A stretch of DNA of 63,897 bases, the filler included. It is 12 parts of 12 records of this genome, joined end to end, with 100 filler letters (N's around TTAATTAATTAA, not from the genome) between each part and the next. Parts side by side here need not be neighbours in the genome. Positions count along the whole stretch, not along the records: positions 13,533 to 20,778 come from SRR15195285_3214; positions 20,879 to 24,650 come from SRR15195285_3217; positions 24,751 to 38,030 come from SRR15195285_3218; 9 more parts are not named here. One strand, given 5' to 3'. The notes beneath the pieces are model-generated. The model saw only the letters and a program-made list of their open reading frames with translations. It did not search any database and was not told the origin of the DNA. A program made the position numbers and the translations under genes. Below are positions 20,554-31,200 of this stretch, one piece after another (the stretch's first letter is position 1; each line of letters starts with the position of its first letter).

Positions 20554-20878
20554 CTGCGCCCGGCGGCAAGGCAAACACGGGCCGCGTGAGCCCAGAACGG
20601 ACACCAGAACGGCCGCTAGGCCGGGAATGGTAGGGGTGTGCGGGTGGCCCTCAACTCGCTCGGGGGGAGCTACATCTCGAATCGACCGCCCATCGGACGA
20701 CAAGCCGGTTTGGTCCCCGCGAGGACGGACAGACGCACGGACGCACGGACGCACGCACGCACGCACACACGCACACACNNNNNNNNNNNNNNNNNNNNNN
20801 NNNNNNNNNNNNNNNNNNNNNNTTAATTAATTAANNNNNNNNNNNNNNNNNNNNNNNNNNNNNNNNNNNNNNNNNNNN

Positions 20879-21214
20879 ATGAATCATACCATCGCGCCTG
20901 GCCTCACCAATATGATGAATTACTTCGGATCCAGTCTATACGCCAAGCGACCATCCGGCATTGCCACGTATTCAGCCGGCATGTGGGGCGGGGCGCGCTG
21001 CGCAGTGGCACTGCGAGCTTACTTGTCTGAGCTGGGGTGCCTACCTGTATCTGCAACATTCCAACAGGCAGGAGCGTGGAAGAAGAACGCGTTTGACGAG
21101 GACGGGATGCTTGACCCTGAGGGAGCAGCCGCAAAAAGTGCCAGTAGGATGATTGAGCAGCTTGAGTGGCACGCCCACGCAATGCGGAACGCACGCGCGC
21201 TCAACTCTTCATAG
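20879..21214 (+). CDS. NAD(P)H-dependent FMN reductase (flavodoxin-like), C-terminal part
   Basis: NHTIAPGLTNMMNYF...RPSGIATYSAGMWGGARCAVALRAYLSELG resembles the E(Y)NHS.P..LKN / GG.RA...LR motif region. Truncated at contig start. Confidence 0.8.
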   Translation: MNHTIAPGLTNMMNYFGSSLYAKRPSGIATYSAGMWGGARCAVALRAYLSELGCLPVSATFQQAGAWKKNAFDEDGMLDPEGAAAKSASRMIEQLEWHAHAMRNARALNSS

Positions 21215-21511
21215 CTAGTCCAGCTACGGCTGCCCGTGCAGGTGTGTCTTGTGTGCGCGGATGGTGCGACCTATATAAAATGTATGTGGGCGTGGTCAGA
21301 TTAGTCTCAGGCGGCCCATCAGCTGCGATGCTCTGACTCCGTGCCAGGCGCCTCTATTATCCTAGATACTGGCCAAGAGTAGAGAACTTTGGGTGCGTAG
21401 CCCACATAAGCTTGAAGACACGTCATGGATTCTGAATATGTACACTGAGACTGCACGCCACCTCTAGATGGGACCTCGAATTCGTGTGAAATGGACATAG
21501 ATGGCGACACA

Positions 21512-24262
21512 TCACAGCGTCCGATTTGTTCGGCAGATGATCATTTGCTCCGTCTGGTACTGTACCTTCTGTGTCTCCACCATGACCTCCATAAATTCTT
21601 CGAAGCAAAGCATGCCACGATCGCCTGCCACCTTTGTCGCCGTAGCCTCAAACGCTTGGATAGCTGAGCCGTTGAGCAGCAGCTTCTGCCTCGAACTGCA
21701 GTTCAGCGCCTCCAGGACTTCCGGCACTTGTCTCAACGGCAGCCGATTCAAAGAAACGCCTTCATCTGAAGTCTGCATCTCAGGGCCTCCCTCAGGCAGT
21801 TTTGAAGAGTCTGTGGTGGCAAACTGCTCAAAATAGTGGCGAATATCCCCAACGACTCTATCATCCTCTGCAGCAGTACTCAACAACTGTTCCAGCAAAC
21901 TATCGAGACGGTGTTGCTCGTGATAGCGATCGACTACATAAGCGACCAACAGGTTGACCAACACAACTACAACGCACACGTAGTAGACCAGGAAGAAGGC
22001 GTTAGCAAACCATGGGTGGCCGGACGCAAGCGACATGCCCTCCATCGTGACAATCCAGTTGTTCACAACCAAGAAGTCAAAGAGTACTACCTGCTCCACC
22101 AAAAACTAGGTTACAAAAGCGCCAGACAGGGCAGACATCCCTGGGATCTCAACCAAAACACAGACTGATTTTGCGCAGTTCGTTACCATCGCGCTTCCAA
22201 GATCATTGAAATTGTTTGGATAGTAGTGTAGTGCATCAAAACTTGAGTTATGGAGTACAGGATTTCCCTCATAGGTCTGACCCCCAAACATCAGAATCCC
22301 AAGTTGTGCAAAGAACAGCATGACGATCAAAAGCACCGAGCCCAACCGATTGAAAACTGGAGCCAATTCTGAGAGAGACTGGAAAATAAGCGAGAACTCG
22401 CGGATGTTTGTGAGGACTCGCAGCACCCGTAACGCACGCAGCAAGGTGCAAAAACGAGTCACTCCATGACCGGGACCCACGACTGTGTCGTGGACCAAGC
22501 CTTGTGGCAGGTGCAACATTATCTCACCAGCTACAGCAATGATGGTGATGACTCCGTCGAACTTGTTCCGAAAGGTGGACCAGTACGTGCGCAAGCTCAA
22601 AGTGCTGACCTTCACCAGCATTTCCAAAACGTAAATCACCGTGAAGGCAAGCTCGACTATCGGTATCGCCGTCTTTTGCCACCCGGAATCGATGTCGTCC
22701 ATATACACGACTTCGTACATGATGGTGCATGTGTTTATAATGATCACCACCATCATGCATCGCTCGATTTGCATATCGCGCTCCCTTATCGTGCGCCGCA
22801 GACGGTGGCGACTCAACGTGCTGGAAACCTTCGCTCCCGACGTGCTTCCATTCCGACTGTCGTCCATGACTCCGTTTGCATTGCTGCAATTCTGCACCGG
22901 GGGCTCTGTCGTACCGATTGATGCAGTAGCTTGATGCAGTCTTTGCATCGTTGCCTGGTTACCCAATGCGGCATCCTGCGCGACTGACAGCAGTCGACAC
23001 AGCTGCCTGAATTCATCGCAATTGATGTATTCATCGCCGTCCGCATCGATCATCTGAACTGTGTGCTCGATCACGTCTTCGTCAAGCTGCTGACCGTGCC
23101 AGTCGAGTGTGCGAACGAATTGTTTGAAGACACTGATAGGCAATGATCCGGTAGTCGCCGCGGTCGACCCACTGGCACTAGGCTCCATTGGCTGCGCACC
23201 TGCAAGAAGCAGCTGAAAAGCTCGGCCCAGTGAATCTTCTTGAACTGCTGTATCTTGATTGACCCGGCTTTCCATCCGATGTTTGTGAGAAGAGTACACC
23301 GATGCGAAGACGAGATTCAGCGATATGAAGATCCCAAACGACGCAAAGGCAATGAACGGCAAGGCAAAGACCCTGTGGTAGCCGTACGCTTCCATATAAA
23401 CATCCGGAAAGTTGGCAGTGGTAAGGATGGCAAAGGTTGACAGCAACGCTCGCGGTAACGTGCCGTAGTACGCCGACTCGTCGCACTCGGGAGGCTGACA
23501 GAAATTCCGAAAGAACGCAAACATGACCGCCCCAAACCAAAGAACGAAAAATGTAATCAGACACAGCATAGCCTTAATGTCCCAGAGAACTTCTACGGTG
23601 AGCAACATGCGCTTGCGCAAAGATTTGCTGCCGATCGTGCAAATCACTGGGCGCAAGATGGGTGCCAGCCGCCACGTCCGACCGTCAGACAAAGCGAAAG
23701 CGTGTTTGGCTCCCATGTCGAAGACACAGTCAGCCGCGCCAACCAGCACGACGAGCAGGCGAACTTTACGCCACGGATTGCCCCAAAAGTCGGCTTTGCC
23801 CCGATAGCACCGCATCACCACTAGCTCGGCCAATAATGCGGCGTAGCACGCAAGATCGACGCAGCCAGACGTGAAGGTTGGAAGAAGTGGCATCCCGCTC
23901 ATTGGGACTGCTTGGCCATCTGGAGAGGCACACGCCGTGTGGTAGCACCACGCTGGTCGCTCGAAGAACGATAGACCAAGGTATATGGCTGCAACTATCT
24001 GCATCGGCAGCCATGTGTACACTCGAAATGCCAACGTCTTTCTCGCCAGATCCTCCTGGCCATGTTCGACGTCGTCTGCTGTTGTCCGCAGTGGCTCGTA
24101 GAAACGGTCCAGGTCTCCAGTGGCCATCCGACCCACCTGTGACGCGACCGAGGTGACGTGGCGTAGCGGGTTGAATGAAGTCACCACGGCCGTTGCCGCT
24201 GCGGACTGCAGGGCTACGGTGCGGTTGCGTTCCCGCAGCGTGAGCGCGGGGTGTGGTTCCAT
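21512..24262 (-). CDS. TPC: Two-pore cation channel (TPC)
   Basis: Two 6-TM repeats; FFERPAWC; pore 1 LTTANFPDV; linker EF-hand DADGDEYINCDE; S4 LLRALRVLRVL; NNFND; pore 2 LVVNNW after removing intron 22091-22186. ATG at 24262; the 3' end may include a further intron. Confidence 0.92.
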
Positions 24263-25235
24263 AACTTTTCTCAACAGTGAGCTCGCGCAGTTTGGTGCTC
24301 AAGAATTGCGTTGTCGGACCACACGCTACGCAAACAGCGGACGCCGGCGATTCAATGAGGCAGCCTACTCACACTGCGGTGCTAGGCCGCGACTTTCCCC
24401 AGCTAGGCACCCAGCAGCGGCAGCCCCACAGCTTTTTACGCGCACCATCGCGACATTCGTGCGCACGAGTTCCCGCCCGGGGGCGGCGGCGGCCGCCGCG
24501 GCGCCCGCGCGCGGGGGCCGGCGCGCGTGTGCATGTATATACACGTACGCGTATATGCCGCGCACGCACGCGCTATGGTACACAGTACTACTCGAGTAAG
24601 TAAATTTGGGTCGCCGGTGCGCCCAGAAATCAGGTACCCCGGGAAGTGCANNNNNNNNNNNNNNNNNNNNNNNNNNNNNNNNNNNNNNNNNNNNTTAATT
24701 AATTAANNNNNNNNNNNNNNNNNNNNNNNNNNNNNNNNNNNNNNNNNNNNCCCCCCCATCAAGTTGTACAGAGTACACGCGGGACTTTGGATTCCTCAAG
24801 GTTTGATTCGATTGATGGACACCCACACGCAACTTGCGTGGCGAGGTTGAACCTGAAGGGGTTGCTTGGCAACCCCGCTGGCACCTGGCGTGCTCATACT
24901 AGACAAAAAGCGGGATTTACTCCTCGCTGTTGTCCCGAGTCCAGAAGGATCCGTCGTTGATGCTACACGCCTTAGGGATGGCGCAGACACCGGAGTCAGA
25001 CCCCGTGCGCGATGCGCTTTTTAAACTAGACGACATACCAAACGTGAGGGTGATGGGCCTGTTACGCGCGCGCGCGGGTCATTCAGATCTACCTGGTAGA
25101 TCTGATTTGATCAAGAATGGTCGAAAATGAAGACAAAAAAAGCTGTACTATCGCCGAATTTTACCTCGTCAGAAAGCTCTCGCCGAGAGGTTTCTGGCAT
25201 GGTGAGACTTGCCTGTGGGGCGCCCCGGCTCCGGC

Positions 25236-28200
25236 TCAAAGAATTCGATCAGGTTTTGCCGTCCTCTCTGCGCGCGATTCTGGCATCGAAACGGGGCGCT
25301 GCTCTTGCGCATAAATATCCTTCAGCTCCTCATGAAGGGCTTCCTCCTCCTTCCACTTTCTCCTCAGCGTCTCCTGGTGCTTCTCTCTCTCAAGTGCGTC
25401 CATAGCCGTAAGAGGCTGGACAAACTCGTCGCGCGCAATTTGGGCACGGAAAGCCTCGGCGCGGGCGTCGAAGATAGCCTGGCAGCACCATCTCATGGCG
25501 GCTGATGTCTTTTCGTCCCGGTACTGCGACTCTTCCACAATGTCATTCAGGCGTGTCCTTGCCTCACGGAAGACAAACAGCGCTGTTGTCCAGTAGATCG
25601 AAAGCGCTGGGGAGCAACAAAACCGGTGAGTTTGTGCAGGCACAAGCGTCTCTATAAGCTCTGGGGACGTACTACTTTGGTCTGCAAACTTAACGAGCAC
25701 CGCCCAGAGCGGCAGAAGTACCACAGCACCTTTGCCCGCAAACTTCCGCGCAGCCTGTTGTTGCCAGGAGGAGCCGCTATCCTGCGCCCGCATTTGCCGT
25801 TTCTCTTCCTGTTCCTCGCCTTCTCGCTTCCTCTGGTCTTCCAACGTGACGACAATCAGGTAGCTGCGTCGAACAAACCCAGGTTATCGTTGGGCATTGT
25901 TGAGCTCTGGGTGGGCAGGCTTACAGTTCTTCGACGCGGATGAAGTCTTTCAAAGACAGCGCAGTGTGTCCGCACACGGCGTGATGCACCCAGTCGATCT
26001 GAGTGGCAGCAACACAGACTCAGAGTGTTCTCGGCACCAAACGAATCCAGGGACGCGCACCATGTAGGCAAACTCCTTAAACGGAAAGAAGCTGCTGATG
26101 AAGCGGCCCCATTGGTTAAGCCGCCCTGCGTCGGTGCAGACGTGTCAACTCATGTGGGCCGTGCACAAAAACTTTGTGCCGTACCACTTTCAAGCAGCCA
26201 TCGTCGACGATGTATCGTGTCATCCGCGTAGCCATGCATGATTTGAAGCGCTGACTGGTGGCAGTATGCGCAGAATGCTACCGAGAAAAAACGTAGCACT
26301 GCACCACCACACTCGTTGAGGCTGGTTATTTCTTTACGTTCGCACTGGTTGATCAGCTTCGTTCGGGCCCAAAGGAACAGAAACGCCGCGTACATGGCAA
26401 TGGACACCAGCTGCATGACGAGCTTGAGTCGCCGTGCCTTGTGCAAATAGATCCATCTGTCCAAGACGGTCTGGAGCAGCAGTGCGGTGATATACACAAT
26501 CAGTCCAACTGGTGTTGCCTTGGCAGCATCCTGCGCACCTTGCAGGTCTCTGGCGCTCAACGAACTGCCAAGGCCCTTTACCAGGCCAATGATGTCGAGT
26601 GGTGGCTGCTTCTCACTAAACGTTGCCATGCACAATTCATGCCTCCCGCAAACATTCGGATCACGGTGCCAAGGCGAACTTCCAGGTGCGGTTTTGAAGG
26701 TTGAATCCAGATTCCATCTGGGGCTGACTCCAAGTGTCAATCCATTGTCATCGTCGCCAGCAGGTGACACAGTCAGTGTGACTCCATATTGCTGGTGTGC
26801 TGTCATGGCAGAATACTGCGCCTGGCCGATGTCTAGCTGCTTGGAGGCCAGCCTTGCAAACGCGGGGAAAGAAAAGCCTAAGAACAAGGACTCCGTCTTG
26901 TTTGCTCCATTCGACAGCTTCTTGCTGTCACGGAAACGAATTCACTTCAGCGTCGCGCAAAACAGCCTGCAGTTTGGGCGGGGACGTACAGCTGTTGGAT
27001 GTCATTTGGCCGCAGTCGCAAAACTTGAGGGTGAACGATGCCATCAGCGTCTCTGACACTAGTATCAGCTCTGACAAATGTAACCTTGAGATTGGCCTCC
27101 ATCCGAGGGGTCTCAGCCTCGGATATTGTATCAAGATGAGCACGAAGTCGCTGACGAGCTGCTGTCTCCTCCCAGCTGCGCACAGCAGACAAAGCGTTAG
27201 CATAGACAACGGTTGCACCTCGATGAAGCGCACCTCGCTTCAGCCGGTTGCCCAATCCGAATATTGGCAATCTGCTGCGGCCCATCGCTTAGGTCATATC
27301 CCTGGGACTTCATTCTTGCCTGCACTGCCTCCTTGCCCGTGCTGCTAGCGAGCGTCGAGGTGCACGTTTTGTCGGCGGAAGTCCACGTGCAATGGGTGAC
27401 ATCATCTACCGGGCACTGGTCTCCGTACCGCGGCCCTGAGCTCTCAGACTGATGGAGGAATGACGAGCAGAAGGCGTCGCTGCCACTATAGTCGTTGGTG
27501 TAAAACTTCTGTAAACTGTCCACGCTGTCGGGCCCGCTGTCCCACGAATCGCTAGGCGAGATTTTCGTTGCAGACGATCGATACACTGTGTACGTACAGC
27601 TCCCGCTCGGGCACTGTTCCATTGTGATATCGAGCTGGACCTCGACGCTCGTCACATCATTCAGTTGCATCTCCATTCCGAGATTGAGGTACAGCCATGG
27701 TGCGAGCAGAACACAAAGCAACTGCGCGCAGAGCATCTTTGTGTATGTGTCAACGCCTTTTCTGTGCCAGCTCGAACGCTTCGGCTCAAATGGCCAGCCC
27801 GAAAACAGTAGATGTCTGAGTGCTTTGAATCGCCTGAGGCTCAAGCCAGGTTGTTGTTCTGATATGAAACCATTAAACCAGGCCCGAACTTTGGAGGAAA
27901 ACCACGCGCGTGTTTTGCGTCCACGTTTTGGCAACGGCGGCAAGCCGCTCAATCTGTCTTTCAGCATTTCTGCATCCATCTGCAGGGCTTCGATAATGCC
28001 ATCTGCGAGAGGCGATTCTTGCCAACCTCGTGTCAATGGATCCCAGTAGCCTCGAGTCCACACAGAAGAAATGCCCCAGTGGTGCATGCCTGGTAGGCGC
28101 AGCTCTGATTGGTGAAGGTACCATACAAGGTCGGTGAAAACATCAACATCTTGCTGCTCGATCGACTTGTACAAGGCCGCTACAACACACCGGTCGAGCG

Positions 28201-31200
28201 TAGATGACGAGACCGTCTGCTGGTAGATCGCCCGTCCAGCTCTCTCCCGTACGGGCGCAGGTGCGTCTACGTGTGCCAAAAACAGATACGCATATCCCTC
28301 AGGCCCCACCACCTTCCGAGTCCGTCGGCCTCTAACTATTCCCGGGAGCTTAGCCAGCTTCTGATAAACATTCGCCGGTGTGACCCACTCGCCCTGGCGA
28401 ATGCATCGTCTCTGATGCAACAGCAGCATCAGCAGCAGAAACCAGTCCCAAACAGCATTTGCATTTATATCTATGAAACCGTCAAACTGACGCAGGTTAA
28501 CGCCGTAGAAGCCCTCATCTCCTGCATTCCAGCTAGGACTGGCCGGCCAGGCCGACATAAACTTGACGAAGATGATTCTGACCTCGACCAGCGTGATGCA
28601 AAATTGCCAGAAGTGAGCCTGCTGCCTTGTGGTACGGAACTCTTGCATGGCAACTGACTCAGAGTCGATCTGAGTCGCCGGCACCACCCCGCAATAAGCG
28701 AACCAGGCAAAGAACACGAAGAATGACGGCGTGTCCATGTGGACAACAAAGTTGACGCTAAGCGCAACAACACAAAGCACTGCTGTCTGCCCATAGCAGG
28801 CTAGCAGGGCGGCGCGAACCACGTCTGCCAGCCTTCCATCAAGCTGCTCCACCAGTCGACCAAGAAGGGGCTGGCCCTTGACGAGTTCCTTCACGGCTGC
28901 GTCGAGGCCTGACGCGCTGGGACCAGCATGCTTTGGCGATTGGGATGTGAACCATGGCTTAGTCGCCATAGTGGGGACAAACGAATGTGGGCATCCGCTG
29001 GCTCGGCTTTGCAGCCACCCAAGCAGAGCTGCACCTACTCCCCGCTCACTCGTTTGTGTCTGCAGCCAGCGTCGGTAATGGCGCTGAATCGAGCGGGCAG
29101 CATGGTCAAGGCGCGTCCCTGTCGGAGATGTGCTATGTGTCCGTGCGTCCGTACTCGTAAGCAGCCCTGTGAAGTAGAGTACCGCTTTGTCCCCGAACAT
29201 CAAAGCTTGTGTGCTGCCAAATGCTTCACAAAGATCCGAACGCTGACCATCGTAAGCCTTCGTACGTTGGAGATTAGCACACTGTTCGTCACGTGCGTTG
29301 AGATAGTTAGAACGATCCTCGGATCCTTGCTCGTCGTCACGCTGTTTCGCTTCTCTCTTCTCCGCCTCTAGAGCAGATCGGTACGTCTTTGTCTTCAGAA
29401 GAACCTTCAAGCAGATCGCGATGCACAAGCAAATGCCGGCTAGCCATATGCTAATCATACTTTTAACACTGTCACTTCGAAACTTGTGCACGCCCATCAC
29501 GCTCTGCCAGCTGCCTACGTTGCAGATATCGCTTTTCTTGGAGCCGTCTGCATTGAGGCAATTGCTGAATATCGGCATCTGGAACGCACATTGGACCAAC
29601 AGTGAACCTGTGGCAAAAGCCATCAGGGCTGCGATGCGCCCATCCGTGTGTTCAATCCGCCTGTGATCGTGCAGAAGCACTATTGCCGTGTACACGTAAG
29701 TCAGCGACAACAAATCGTTGTCAAACGGTTGGTAGGAAGCAAAAGCAAGGGATGCCACAAGCAATGTGACGACTCCGTCGTACACAGACAGCACACGTAT
29801 GCCCACAACGTCTGCAACTCTTTGCGATATCGACCGCTTAGCTGTTGCAGCCCCAAGCGGATCCTCGGTCTCTACCGTCTGATTACTCAAGACCTTCTTC
29901 CTTCGTCCTTTGAGCTTTTCAAATCTTTGCTCGCAATCGAGCTTTCCAGGAAACAGCAGATCGTCTTTATAAAATTTATGGTTTTCTGCCCGCAGGTACA
30001 TGTCATCCAGCAGGTGCGATTCATTGCTGGTGAAGTTCCGTGTATTCCAGCGTTCGGCGTGCTGTCCCAGGTCCTGCTCCAACGCCCACTTCGTTCCAAA
30101 CCGAACGCGTGCGAACGTACTGACCACGAACAGCACCAAACCATCGACAAGCAGCTTCCAGCCAAACATGTCCTCGGACGCTAACCAGTGACGCCAAGTG
30201 TGTGCGTTAGCTGCGCTGCTGCCGGCGCCGCATGGTTCGAAGCCAAGGCCTAACATGTATCTGACCACCAGCATAGCAGCCAGCATGCGGGAGGTGAAGC
30301 ACCAGTTTTTGGGGTCGTATGATGCGAAGCGTTGCTCTCCGATAAGAGACGGCGTGTTGAACCAGAACAGCAGCACTGCGTACGTGCCGCACATGATGTC
30401 ACCGCCTCCACCTGTGTCCGGCGCGCCACGCAAGCAGATTCCAAACAGAAATGCGAGGTAACACGTCGACCTTTGAACGTTTGCAAGTGTGATGTAATTC
30501 TCGATCGTGCGCCAATATTGTGCGTTCGACTCTGAAACAGATTCTGATGGTGGTTCTGGAACCGGTTCTGGTTCGGCTGTGGAATACGCTGTGGATGCAT
30601 ATTCTGCATCCAGAGCACGTTCCGTAGCCACCGTCATTTTATTCAGGGCCTTCCACTGACTGTAAGCATTGAGTATTAGAATCGCGATGGCGAGCAAAAC
30701 CAATATGCTTGATGACCCAGTGATGCTAAACGAGCTGCTGATCAGAAGCGTCGTTCCCACCAGGTACCGATTGATGGACGTGTATTGTGCGTCACTGTGC
30801 AACCCACGGTGCGTTCCTGTGACCAGATCGCAATCACGTGTGCTGCTGCCCAACGCTGTTAGCCAATGGACGTCAACGCGAAGCGCCAGTCGCGCCTGCT
30901 GAATTTCGCCGTGCACTGCCAATCCCAGCGTCACAAGGACAGGAGCCAGAATCGCCCAGTCTGCGACGGACGCCAATGACGAGGTACCTGTTGTTGCGCC
31001 CACCAGCCAAGGAGCACAACAGTACCACCATCGCACAGCCACATAGTACATCCCTTGGGCGGCTCCAACGGGCACAGACGCATTGTCCAGCTCGTCTGTT
31101 TTGTTGAAATGCTGCCCCGCACCAAACCACGTCGGCCCAGTCGATTCGGCCCAGCAAGTACCGGCAGTACCAGTGTTGCCGGAGCCAAACGAGAAGGAAG

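Noticed and set aside
20554-20778. N-terminal extension MCACVRACVRP of the Myb ORF
   Set aside because: Translation of a simple tetranucleotide-type repeat, probably intronic.
24751-25235. Short ORFs downstream of Piezo
   Set aside because: No recognisable motifs; consistent with intergenic DNA or an unidentifiable terminal exon.
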